A stretch of 62,847 nt of DNA, filler included. It is 12 parts of 12 records of this genome, joined end to end, with 100 filler letters (N's around TTAATTAATTAA, not from the genome) between each part and the next. Parts side by side here need not be neighbours in the genome. Positions count along the whole stretch, not along the records: positions 32,475 to 36,267 come from SRR7504441_27856; positions 36,368 to 39,927 come from SRR7504441_27888; positions 40,028 to 49,547 come from SRR7504441_27905; 9 more parts are not named here. One strand, given 5' to 3'. Each line of letters opens with the position of its first letter. Positions within the stretch are counted from its first letter, which is position 1. The translations under genes were made by a program, and so were the position numbers. Positions 34,180 to 45,142 of this stretch are shown piece after piece. A model generated the notes under the pieces. The model did no database searches and was not told the origin of the DNA. It was given only the letters and a program-made list of their open reading frames with translations.

Positions 34180-35617
34180 ATGGCCGATGAGCTGTGGCTG
34201 CTGGGGGTCGGGCTTTGCGTGGGTCGCCGGGCGGGCCCTGCTGAGCTGCCGGTGCCAGGCGCTCTCCACGCTGCTGTGCACCTTTGGGCTGAACGTCCAA
34301 AAGTTTTCACACAACCTGGAGCTCAAGCAGACTGACGAGGGCAAGCAGCTCCGGCCGTACTACTTCCGGCCGATATGGTGCCCCCTCCCTCGCACTACCC
34401 TCTGGCTGAGCCAGCGCAGGTGGGCTGGGTTCATCACGCTGATCGTGGGCACTGTGCTGGATGTAGTCGCGCTGGCGTTCGCCGCCCAGAGCTTGCTCGC
34501 CCCACTGGCTGGGCTCGGGCTGGTGGGCTGGGCGGTGGGCGGGCTGAGGCAGGGCAGGTGTTCAACGTCATGATTGCGCCGTGCTTCCTGGATGAGCAAA
34601 TAACCCGTCTAGACCTGGTGGCCACCGTAGTGATCATCGTGGGCTGCACGCTTGCGGTGGCATTCGCCGACCATCAGCACACGGTGAGCCGCGCTGGCCG
34701 GCCGGCTGAGCTCTCGGGGCAGAATTACGACTTCGACGCGATTGTCGCCAAAGCTAACAACCCGTTCTGCTGGGGATACTTTCTGCTGGCCTTGATCGCC
34801 ATAGCAGGCTTCGTGCTGTTGGCCCACAAGCTGGACGCCGAGAAACTCGAGGACAGCAGCTGGTCCAGCCCCCGGCCCCGGGCGCTCAGTCCTGCCCAGG
34901 TACCAGGACTGGAAAGAATGGCACGCGCCGTCTTATGCCATCATCGCCGCAGCAGGTCCCACGCTCCGCCGGCCGGGCTAAACCCCACGGGCGCAGCCGG
35001 TTCCGTCTCCGTGACCTGCGCCAAGGCGGCCGCCGAGCTGGTCGGCCCGGCGCCCGGGCCCGGGGGTCACGGAGAGGCAGATCAAAGCCGAGATCGACCG
35101 GCCGTCTGAGCAGAAATCAGGTTTCGAGGTGGGCGTCTGCCGCGTGGCGGGCCGAGCCCGGGGCAGGAGCACTGGTTCGCGGCGCCGGCGGCGCTGCTGG
35201 TGCTGCTCGGGTCGATTTGTGTCCAGATCCATTACCTGAACGCGGGGTTGGAGAGGTTTAACATGCTGCTCATGTTCCCGATGTATCAGGTGCGGGGCAG
35301 TGCGGGCCGGCACGAGCCCGGGGCAGGGGTTTTGGATCATTCTGACCGCGGTGGCTGGGATGGTAACGTACAGGGAGTATGAAAGCTTCGGGCTGAGGCA
35401 GGCGGTGTTGTTCCCGATAGGCGTGCTGATCACGCTCGTGGGCGTTTACATGATGTCGTTGCGGCCCCAAAAGTATAGCCCCGTCGAGTCGAGCCCGGAC
35501 ACGATCTCACAGGATGAGGCCGTCAAGGAGACCACACAGCCCGGCGCGGTTAGTGAGAGGGTTGATCCTTTGGATAGTGCTGAGAAGGTCGACAGAGCAC
35601 ATGCCGAGGTCGAGTGA
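34180..35617 (+). CDS. NIPA/DUF803-family magnesium transporter, about 9 introns
   Basis: FGLNVQK, PYYFRPIWWAG, ALAFAAQSLLAPL, QIHYLNAGL..F, PMYQ..W......GMV.Y.E. Confidence 0.88.
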
Positions 35618-35996
35618 GCCTTGCGGGGGATGCTATCTCGGGGCAATATTAATTATACATAGGGCACGGCTGCGAGTGTCGAACGGGCATTGGTTAAATT
35701 AATTAATTAATGAAACGCCTACAATTGTACGGTATTGTACATACGAGTACTCGACGCATTTTGTGGTGAGTTTGATGGTACGAGTAGTGGTGCCCTGCCA
35801 GCGGGTAGCCCGAGATCCGCATGGTTGATGAACAAACTATGTTTATATAATCAGAGCACTTGCCGGCGGTGCCTACCGCAGCTTCTACACCCAAGAACCA
35901 AGCCTCAGGGGACGTCCATAGGGGACTGACTCCGTCCTGCCTCCGCTTGCTTTGTCCTCCTCAAGCTCATATCCCTAACCGCTCTCAGCCAGTGGC

Positions 35997-36186
35997 TCAG
36001 CACACGGTCTTGAGGTACGCTATCAGGTCCTTGCGCTCCCCCGCCTTCTTGATTCCAGCGAACGCCATCTTGGTGCCCTGCCAGCGGGGCTCAGCCGCCC
36101 GCAGAGACTGGCTGGTCACCTTGATATATTTCTTGGGGTTCTCGAGGTACTCGAACAGAATGTCCTCGCTCCAGGTGATCCCAGAC
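35997..36186 (-). CDS. CYCS: Cytochrome c, C-terminal exons (5' part lost in the gap; absent from the ORF track)
   Basis: Spliced translation [46 protein letters not shown]. Confidence 0.92.
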
Positions 36187-36267
36187 CTGCCAGCTCGCTC
36201 GCCCCCTCCCCTCGGCCCCGCCCTCGGCCCTCGGCGGCGCTACCCCCCCCCCCCCCCCCCCCCCCCC

Positions 36268-36367
36268 NNNNNNNNNNNNNNNNNNNNNNNNNNNNNNNNN
36301 NNNNNNNNNNNTTAATTAATTAANNNNNNNNNNNNNNNNNNNNNNNNNNNNNNNNNNNNNNNNNNNN
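36268..36367. other. Artificial contig spacer
   Basis: N44-TTAATTAATTAA-N44, preceded by a poly-C tract. Confidence 0.97.
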
Positions 36368-36649
36368 CCCACCGACTCACCAACTGATGCTCCTGCTTCG
36401 ACTGACGGCTGTGTTGCTGACCCCGCAGCCACACAGGCTGTCACTGATGCAGACTGTGCGCCGGCTGAGCTCAAAGCCTTCACCGACGCTGGCAACATGG
36501 CCGACACCAGCTTCATTGACAAGTGCAGCGGGATCGTGAACCGTGGCTGCCCATCAATGACGTGCGCAGCAGGACACGTTCATGAGGCCGGCAAGAGGTC
36601 GGCCAACTTCAAGACGGTTCTCACAGCATTTGGATTTCCATTCAACTAA
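36368..36649 (+). CDS. C-terminus of an unknown, probably extracellular protein (PTxxPT linker plus Cys-rich segment)
   Basis: Open frame PTDSPTDAPASTDGC...TAFGFPFN ending at TAA 36647-36649. Confidence 0.5.
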   Translation, partial: PTDSPTDAPASTDGCVADPAATQAVTDADCAPAELKAFTDAGNMADTSFIDKCSGIVNRGCPSMTCAAGHVHEAGKRSANFKTVLTAFGFPFN

Positions 36650-37058
36650 GAGCCTCACGGTTTGCCATTGAAGGACTACATAAACACAAACACAATACAC
36701 CCACACAAGGCTGGACTTGATTTGGATGGTCTAGACACATAAAGCTTCACGATCTGAAACTAAACCTTCACATTGTGTGGACGTCGTAGTGTAGATTGCT
36801 ACAGTAATTTACGAATAAATGACATAATCATGCAGTATACAATCATAATAGATGACATTATGTTGTAAACGACGGCATGATTGTGATAAAAAACAAATAT
36901 TAATATTACATGTATACATGTACGAAGTTGTAATCTTGTAAAGTACATGCAGATGAATTGTAATGACGAGCATATTCAGAGCATATTACAAGCAATCGAT
37001 AATGAAGATAAGCGGAAGAATTCGGACTCGAGCCTAACTCGAGCCGACTACGAGGCTA

Positions 37059-39728
37059 CTACTTATCAAAGAATATCGCAGAGAAGCCCGCGTCCGAGTC
37101 AATTGGCATCACTCGCAGGCGCACACCACGGTCGTATGCCAGCGTCCAATAAACACCGGATGTGGCGTGCTCAATCAATGGATCCATGGCAATGGGGTCG
37201 AGCGTGGCTAAATCCATGACACGAATGGCCTGGCGAGTAAATGACCACGTCGGATTGCTTTCCGGCTTCACAGATCCAACCATGTAAAGCGTGAGCTTGT
37301 ACTTGATCCCCGTCGTGGTATTGATATCAAGAACTGTGCCTTGCGAGCCATCCGCCCCTTTGGTGACGAAACCAAGAGCCCGGTTTTGCCTTCTTCGTGG
37401 ATCGATAAGAAATGACATATTTGCACTATCACCTCCGACAAAAGCTGCGCCCTGCACACTTTCACCGTTCTTGCCTCCAATGTGGCTGACCCAGCTCGGC
37501 AGCCGAGTGACATCTGAGTTGTTGGAATCAAATGCAAAAAGGCGGTATCCCTCTGTGCCATACTTACCGATCCAGTCCCCGCCAGTGTGATTGCCCATCG
37601 TCCAGCTAGCTGGGTAGATGGGCTCTTCATAAGGAGGGACCACCGGAAAGCCTTTAGGAAAGCCTTTAGGTGGTCTCTCATCTCTTGCAGCCACCGAATT
37701 GCTGGCAGTCTGGGATAGCATCACTGCACATTCGGCCGCAAACGCCGCTGCTACAGAGTGACGGCCAGCGGGTACTGACACATACACATGCTGGCTGACC
37801 AGGAGTGGGTGAAGTCTTACTATTGGCACGCTGTCTGATGGCCGAACTTGCACTTGAAGGCCATCCACCCTGACAGTCCTCAGATCAAGTGCACAGCCCG
37901 ACTCTTCATCCTTCAGCCTGAGGCCAACCAGCCCCTCCACCGGCGCATCTACAGTCACAGTCACTGTGCCCTGGACACTATCTCTCGCAGCACTGACCTC
38001 GATAGGCCCTGCTGGAGTGCCAACAGAGGCCGAGACCTCTGGGGTCCGGCCAGAAACAGATGGGAGCGCAGCATAGCGCTTAAATCCAGGCTCGAGCGGC
38101 TGGATGCCGGCCGACACTTGGCTCAGCCACGCTGTGACACCGTCGGACCAGGGGTGGCAGTAGGAGGGCCTTGTTGGCGCCTTGTCGCCAAGATTCATGA
38201 AGCGCGACCATTCAGGTGAGTGGAGCTCCCAGAAGCATCCCTTCCCAAGCTCAAGCATTGGTCCCCAGCAAAGCTTGATCGATGCATGCGCATACTCCAT
38301 CATGCCCACATTCCCGAGCGCTTGCAAGATCCAATACTGATTAAAAGGCGACCACGAGCAGATTGTCCGCGAGTTGGTGAGCATTCGCTTGGCCAGCGCC
38401 GCCTGCTCCTCCGCAGTCCCCACAATTCTCGCGTTGATCAGATAGGCACTAGCATGGACGCCATAGTCCGCGGTCCAGTCGCCACCTGGCACGGTTGAGC
38501 TCGGTCGCGCCCGGAGCTGCCCGGCCAGTCTGGCAGCAGTCGCGCTGTATTTGGTGGCATTCATCAGGTCACCCGCCTTGCTGAGGCTTGTGGCCAGGTC
38601 CTTGGCCGCCCTGATAGTGAATGCAGCAAACGCCAGCTGCACCTCGAGATTGCACGAGCCGCAGAATCCGTTGCCGATCCGGTCGTCCCAACCCACGAAT
38701 TGCACAGCCAGGCCAGGCTGCAAGAATCTTTCCACAGCATGGTCCACAATTCGACCGATATCAGGCGACAACTCAAGGAATCGGGCTGTATCGCCTGAAG
38801 CCCAGTACCAGTCGTGCACCGACGAGGCCCAGCACAGCGGGTAGGTCATCAGGCCGTCGTCGACCACCTTGCACTGGCTGTGATTTGCGCACCCGGAGTC
38901 CGTTTTGATCAGCATCTTGTGGACAAGATCGTACGTACCCGCAGACCCGAAGGCGGCCAGAGCGGCTGCCATTGTTGGGTGACCGTCGCCTTGAATAGAG
39001 ACCCGATCTCCCCGGTCCATCAAAATCGAGTTAAACCCATAAGGCATCATGTTTAGACGGCTCCCGTAGGCACCTGTATACCAGGCCTGGCTGAGTACCG
39101 TGTCACTACTGCTGTAGCTGCCCGTATAGTTGACAGGCTTGGACTGCGCTACCAGCCTCAGCCCGGTTATGTGCCACGGGGCAGCCGATTGCTGCGGCTC
39201 GAACAAGATCCACGCGAAACGGACACCTTCATACAGCTGCGCGTTGGTCTGCAGCCTGTACTGCCCGCCCGCATAGCCGGTGGGCGCCAGTGTCTTGCCG
39301 GGCCAGGGCTGATTATACTCGGATATTGCCGCCGTCACGCCCCCGGCCTGGCTCCCGAGATCTGAGCTCTCAAACTCAAACCATCCGGCGTGCTCCCGCC
39401 CGAAGTCCAGCCGCAGCCAGCCCCGCCCGAGCACTGTCACGTTCGGTCGGCCCGAGAGCGTGTCCAGTCCCTCGAACGCGGCCGACGGCTCGGCAGTCCA
39501 GCTGACCGGGGCGGCGAAGTAGATCTGCAGCCCGGAGGTATTGGCCGTTTCGGCCCAGGTGGTGCGCACGAGCGGGTCTGGCGAGTCCGGTCGGGCCGGG
39601 CCGCTGTTGGGCAGGTCGGAGTGTAGCTGGGGGTACGGCTCGACCAGCGGGGGCAGGGCTGCTGCGGCCAAGCTGATGCTCAGCAGCACCCATAGCCCGT
39701 GGCCGGCTGCGCAGCGCATACTCCGCAT
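37059..39728 (-). CDS. Secreted alpha-L-rhamnosidase-like glycoside hydrolase (GH78), intronless
   Basis: Signal peptide; LRLDFGREHAG, ILMDRGDR...GDGH, GCFWE, SYCHPWSDG, GIQPLEPGF, TPAGPI; extra C-terminal domain (GDWIGKYGTEGY). Confidence 0.85.
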   Translation of the reverse strand: MRSMRCAAGHGLWVLLSISLAAAALPPLVEPYPQLHSDLPNSGPARPDSPDPLVRTTWAETANTSGLQIYFAAPVSWTAEPSAAFEGLDTLSGRPNVTVLGRGWLRLDFGREHAGWFEFESSDLGSQAGGVTAAISEYNQPWPGKTLAPTGYAGGQYRLQTNAQLYEGVRFAWILFEPQQSAAPWHITGLRLVAQSKPVNYTGSYSSSDTVLSQAWYTGAYGSRLNMMPYGFNSILMDRGDRVSIQGDGHPTMAAALAAFGSAGTYDLVHKMLIKTDSGCANHSQCKVVDDGLMTYPLCWASSVHDWYWASGDTARFLELSPDIGRIVDHAVERFLQPGLAVQFVGWDDRIGNGFCGSCNLEVQLAFAAFTIRAAKDLATSLSKAGDLMNATKYSATAARLAGQLRARPSSTVPGGDWTADYGVHASAYLINARIVGTAEEQAALAKRMLTNSRTICSWSPFNQYWILQALGNVGMMEYAHASIKLCWGPMLELGKGCFWELHSPEWSRFMNLGDKAPTRPSYCHPWSDGVTAWLSQVSAGIQPLEPGFKRYAALPSVSGRTPEVSASVGTPAGPIEVSAARDSVQGTVTVTVDAPVEGLVGLRLKDEESGCALDLRTVRVDGLQVQVRPSDSVPIVRLHPLLVSQHVYVSVPAGRHSVAAAFAAECAVMLSQTASNSVAARDERPPKGFPKGFPVVPPYEEPIYPASWTMGNHTGGDWIGKYGTEGYRLFAFDSNNSDVTRLPSWVSHIGGKNGESVQGAAFVGGDSANMSFLIDPRRRQNRALGFVTKGADGSQGTVLDINTTTGIKYKLTLYMVGSVKPESNPTWSFTRQAIRVMDLATLDPIAMDPLIEHATSGVYWTLAYDRGVRLRVMPIDSDAGFSAIFFDK

Positions 39729-39927
39729 AGTGCTTCAGTAACGGACGATCGGACCGAGAGAGCTGAACAAGTACTGAAGCGCATATTAAATAGTACCGTA
39801 CCATAACCGTACCAGGTAGTACACTTGAACACCTCGATTGACCACCACTTTATCTTAGAGTTATTTGTTCAAATTCTTCTTGACGAGCCGCAGATAATCC
39901 TCAGGGGTGACCACCGTGAATCCCGCT

Positions 39928-40027
39928 NNNNNNNNNNNNNNNNNNNNNNNNNNNNNNNNNNNNNNNNNNNNTTAATTAATTAANNNNNNNNNNNNNNNNN
40001 NNNNNNNNNNNNNNNNNNNNNNNNNNN
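39928..40027. other. Artificial contig spacer
   Basis: N44-TTAATTAATTAA-N44. Confidence 0.97.
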
Positions 40028-40183
40028 GTGCAAGATTGGTGCAAGATATAATTATTTAGATATTCTGCCCTCGTCTAGCGAGAACATGAGCGAGAATCAA
40101 AGCCAAATCGACGGGGATGCTTGAGTACTTCTAGCACGTCAATACACTGCGATGCGTGTTGCATCACTAGCCGCTTTAATATA

Positions 40184-41224
40184 CTAGCTCATGTCCTTAT
40201 TCATAATGTGGCTGAATAGCAACACCCGGCAACCTCGCTCATAACTGCTTCGCTCCCAAGAGGCCGTTACTACTGCATCCCGCAGCGCCGCCGGCAGCAC
40301 GCCATGCGTCGCGCAGACCCACGCACAGACCAACTCTTGGAATCCTGTCGGGAGCCCAGCTAGGTTGTCCCCAACAACGAACCTCGTATGGTACACCCTG
40401 CACGTAACCGCAATGAACTGGTGATCCACCCACCAGTCTGTACTCGAATGCGCAGCAGCTTCAACCCCCCCACATACGCTCAGCGCCGCCGCCGGGCCCA
40501 TGCCAAGCCGCTCCGCCGCCTGGCAGACCGCCATGGCGGCAGCTTCCGGAGTAGCTCTCAGCAGGAGTGACAGCGCCTGGATGACCTCTGGGCCATCGAT
40601 TCGCCCCTCGATCAACCCCCCGCTGCCTGAGCGATCGGCCCCGCGACCCCATCTGAGCGCCACACCCGACTCGCCCCGACCGGCCAGGCTCAGCTCGGCC
40701 GCTCTCTGGGCGTCGTCTGCCAGCTCCTCTGACGTCCCCAGCGCTTGTAACGACATCTCCCGGCGGTACCCGTCGTGCCCGCCCGCCCAGAGCACAGGCA
40801 GCGGCTCCCCGAGACCGGCCATCGCTTTCTGCTGCCTCTCGGCCCTTTCCTCCTGATGCTTCGTCCGTAGCGCCTCCAGGGCCTGTTCCTCTGCCCGTGC
40901 CTTGGCCTCGAACGCTACCTCGCTCTCCCAAGGCTGCGCCTTGGCGTAGCAGTACGGCTCGCCGCCGTACTCGCCCTGGTGCACCGACACGCGAAACCTG
41001 CCGCGCGGCGGAGCGGTTTGCTCGACGATCCAGACGTCGCCGGGCTTCGCTTCTAGCACCGCGTAGTGGGCCGAGCCAGCCGCCGCGATGCGCTCGAACC
41101 AAACCTCGCCTCGGCCCAGCCGGCGTGGCTCGTAGCTCAGACCCAGCAGCCGGTCCAGCTCGATCGATGGGAACCGGTAGAGCGCCGCCAGCCCTTTGTG
41201 CTCGGCAGCCTGCAGCTGAGCCAT
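40184..41224 (-). CDS. Hypothetical protein, 346 aa, intronless
   Basis: ATG-initiated ORF with globular-looking composition, head-to-head with the mannosidase gene. Confidence 0.6.
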   Translation of the reverse strand: MAQLQAAEHKGLAALYRFPSIELDRLLGLSYEPRRLGRGEVWFERIAAAGSAHYAVLEAKPGDVWIVEQTAPPRGRFRVSVHQGEYGGEPYCYAKAQPWESEVAFEAKARAEEQALEALRTKHQEERAERQQKAMAGLGEPLPVLWAGGHDGYRREMSLQALGTSEELADDAQRAAELSLAGRGESGVALRWGRGADRSGSGGLIEGRIDGPEVIQALSLLLRATPEAAAMAVCQAAERLGMGPAAALSVCGGVEAAAHSSTDWWVDHQFIAVTCRVYHTRFVVGDNLAGLPTGFQELVCAWVCATHGVLPAALRDAVVTASWERSSYERGCRVLLFSHIMNKDMS

Positions 41225-41272
41225 CTTGGCTGGCGTTTTTTTGGCCGGGCTCGTCGCCTTTCGTACACCCCG

Positions 41273-44200
41273 ATGCGTCGGCGTGCGGCGGGAGAGGACG
41301 CCTCGGCCGACGGCGAGAGCGGGCAGGTGGCCACGGTGGGCAGAGGCCGGCCGTACGTTCGGATCGCGCTAGGGATCGCGATGGGTGTAGGGCTGCTCAT
41401 CTTAGCTGGAATGGCCCGCTGGCCTGGGGGGGCGCACCCTCCTTCGGATCAGTGGGTGGAGCACCAGGACGAGGCTTCGCACCGGCCGTATTGGTTCAAC
41501 CACGCCACTGGCGAGTCGGCCTGGACTGCGCCCCCATCGGCCGCACCCCCATCGGCCGCACCCCCAGCCCCGCCGCCGGCTGCCGACCCCCCGCCTGAAT
41601 CGACTCAGCCCAAGGGATGGCACAAGTATACAGATAAGGAGTCTGGCAAGCCGTATTGGTTCAATCACGACACTGGCGAGTCCTCCTGGACTCAGCCCGG
41701 CGCGCCCCCGCCGCCACCGCTGACTCAGAGGAGGGATGCGAAGGCCGAGAGTCAGAAACCCGAGCCCGAGCCTACGGGCTGGCAAAAGCACCACGACAAG
41801 GCAACCGGGCAGGACTACTGGTTCAATCACGACACCGGCAAAGCCTCGTGGACCGACCCCAGGGCCGCCAAGGGCCTAGCCACGCCGCCGCCGCCACCCG
41901 GCTCGCCGCCACCTCAGAAGAATGACAACTGGCAACAACACCACGACGAGGCGACCGGGCGCAAGTACTGGTTCAACCACGTCACCGGCCAGTCCTCGTG
42001 GTCTAAGCCGGGCAAGGCGACGTCCAACAAGAAAGTGCCTGGAACAGGAAAGCTTGAGGACGTCAGCGTGCGCGTGAGGTCACCCCGCGAGCAATCGCTG
42101 CCGCAGGCTAAGAGCAGTCTTCCCGTGGCGCACGAACGGCCCGTAGCCGCGAGCAGCCAGGGCGGCGGCACGGCCAACGGGCCGTTCGTGCGGCACGAGA
42201 AGACTGATATTCGGGTGCACGACTACGGTTGCGAGGGCTCTGACGCTCCTGATGTATGCCACTGGCTGGTACGGATATGGTCGGCTGTAGTGTTCTCAGT
42301 GGCGGCAGGTCGCGGACGCGGCGGCGGGGATGGCCCGGTGCCAGGGGGACCACCGGTGCGGCGCGTTTGTGCTCACTAGAGACAAGACGGACGGCAACCA
42401 ATATTCGGCGTGAGCTGATCCGATTCGCGCTCGAGCTGATCAATCGACGGCTGCAGGTGGCTGAAAATGAGGGACTCGCGGTACGCAGCGTCGTACGCCA
42501 TCATGGTGAAGAGTCACTTGCTGCCTGCTGACAACGTGGATACCTATGTGCTAGACTTTGATGGATCAGAGCCAGCTGAGCCAGCTGCTGCTAGCACAGT
42601 TCATGCGCCGCCTTTGAAGCCCTACAAGGCTGACGAGGGTCGCGAGGCTGCAGCGCCAGTAAGACACTCGGAGGCCAGCTCCAGTGTTAAGGGCGTGCCG
42701 TTGGACACGGCTATTCCGGAAGAATTCGAGGCGACTTTTAAGCAGTTTGAAGGTCAAGATTTCGCCGGGCATGACTTCGACTGCACGGGCAGTAGAGTGG
42801 CAGGCGGCTGCCTGCATACAGTCGACGGCGTGGCGGCAGCGATGACCCTGTGCAAGAACGAACCGGAGTGTGGCGGTTTTGTGATCTTTCACACAGCGAA
42901 TAAGAATGATCCCGAGAAGTACACCACGTGGCTCAAGCTGCGAGAATGGAACAGCGTGGCAAAGAACCTGCGGTCTAACAGTGATCTCTCAGCATATATT
43001 CTGAAGGATATGGGCCCCAAGCCTAAGTTCTCGTCCTCTTTCACGCCCCGGCTTTACCCTGATTTCAAGCCAGTGTTTGGAGCGGACAGTGGTGTGTGGG
43101 ACATGGAAACTGAGTGGAAGGGTCCGCCGGAGGAGGCGGCAATCCGAGCAGACACTGAACGACTTGAAGTTGTGCGGAGTGCGATGAAACACGCGTGGGA
43201 CGGGTATGTCCAGTACGCGTGGGGCCAAGACGAGCTCAAACCTGTCTCTAACAGAGGATCGAACTGGCTCGGGATGGGTGCAACAATCATCGACTCTCTC
43301 GACACGCTCTGGATTATGGGTTTACACCAGGAGTTTGATCGCGCCCGAACTTGGGTGGCCACGGGTTTTAACACAAACGTGAACAGCTTTGTGTCGTTCT
43401 TTGAGACAACAATTCGCTGTCTGGGTGGACTGATTGCTGCGTTTGAGATGTCCGGCGATCAAGTATTTCTGGATAAAGCCAAAGTGCTCGGCGACAAATT
43501 GATCAGGTCGGTATTTTTATTATTATCATTATAATTATCATTGATGCGTCAATGGCACAACCACAGCATCCACTCAGGGTTGGCTGGCAGGGCGTTCAAG
43601 ACCAAGTCCGGCTTTCCTATGGCCCAGATCAATCTTGCCTCGGGGGCCGCCGAGCCGCCCACCTGGACATCTGGCTCGGTCTCCCACCAGCCTCGAAACC
43701 CTCTGACCGCCCGATCCGGCAGATTATTCTTGCGGAAATTGGAACCGTCCAACTCGAGTTTAAGGCAACTGCTGGCTCGAACTCTTGCTGAGTTTGTTGG
43801 CCGCACAGGCGCTGTCCCGACACACGCGCGACCCAAAGTATCACCGGACAGCGCACTCCGTGTATGATAAGCTTGAGCGGATCACGAGGGACGATGGGCT
43901 GTGTCCGCTGTTCCTCAACCACAACACTGGTCAGTTTTCAGGCGGGCAGATCTCGCTAGGGGCAATGGGCGACTCGTATTACGAGTACTTGATCAAGCTA
44001 TACCTGTATACTAAGCGGACTGAGCCGCAGTACAAACGGATGTGAGCTGAGCGCTCTGAGTTGCACACGCTGACCGAGCCGGTAGGTACCTAAAGTCTTT
44101 GGACGGGATACTCAAGAAGCTAGTATTCCAGACCTCGCCATCCGGACTCACCTACGTGGCCGAGATGAACGGGAATAAGCCGGTGCACAAGATGGACCAC

Positions 44201-44808
44201 CTGGCCTGCTTCGTGCCTGGGGTGACGCCGGGTCGCCTGCAAGCGCTCATTGTTGCGCAGATGCTCGCGATTGGGGCTAAAGACTCGCCAGATCCTTCGG
44301 GCGTGATGGCTCAGGCACACGGCATCACCGAGCTCTGCTACCACATGTGACTCCTTTACAAGCGATTTCGGCCCCGCTCTGACCTGCCGGCAGGTACGCG
44401 CGACAGCGGAGCGGCGTGGCGCCGGAATATATTAACCTCCGAGGGAACGACTTCACTAACGGTGCAAGCCACAACCTGCTCCGTCCTGAGGCACTCGAGG
44501 CAATGTTTGTGATGTTCCGGTACACTGGCAACCCGATATACAGGGAGTGGGGATGGAATATGTTCCTCGGTTTCGAGCAGTCGTGCAAGACCAGCTCCGG
44601 GTATTCGGGATTACGCGACGTTACTAACCCGAACCCCGCCAAAGACGACACTCAGCAGAGTTTCTTCCTGGCTGAGACGTTAAAGTATGCGTATCTGCTG
44701 TTTGCGGCGGGCGACACGATTCCGTTGGATAAGTATGTTCTGAACACTGAGGCGCACCCGCTGAAGATGTGGGACGTGGATATGCCGGAGATCACCCCCA
44801 ACAATTAG
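41273..44808 (+). CDS. Type II membrane class I alpha-1,2-mannosidase (GH47) with four WW domains and two Cys-rich PAN/apple-like modules in the stem
   Basis: TM IALGIAMGVGLLILAGM; four W..H/Y.D...YWFNH.TG...W..P repeats; GH47 motifs HAWDGY..YAWGQDELKP, IIDSLDTL, FETTIRCLGGL, GAMGDSYYEY, MDHLACF, LRPEALE, QSFFLAETLKY, NTEAHP. Introns join all parts in frame. Confidence 0.9.
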
Positions 44809-45142
44809 TTAATTAAGAGCTCCACGTTGCTGGCATGTTGCTGGCGATGGCAGCGATCTCTTCGTAAATTGTTTAAAGCTACCGTATTCAATCTATGTAC
44901 ATAACTAAGTCATGCTACGTACTCGTAAAGTTCGGTGATGCATACAGCTAGTACGTCGTACCGGAGCTGTCTGTGCTTTAGACTCTAATAGTCAGTCTGT
45001 CTGTACTCGCGATCTGCCACAGCTTGCTGCAAAGCTTCATTCACGGCCTCCCAACACTGAACACTCAACAGCTGCCAGCTGCCCAAGGAGCAGACCGAGC
45101 AGTGCCGGCACGGCCCCGGGGGGCCAGGCACCGCGGTCGGCG

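Noticed and set aside
32475-36267. Poly-G and poly-C tracts at contig ends (32475-32492, 36243-36267)
   Set aside because: They are homopolymers at assembly breaks, not telomeric or functional repeats.
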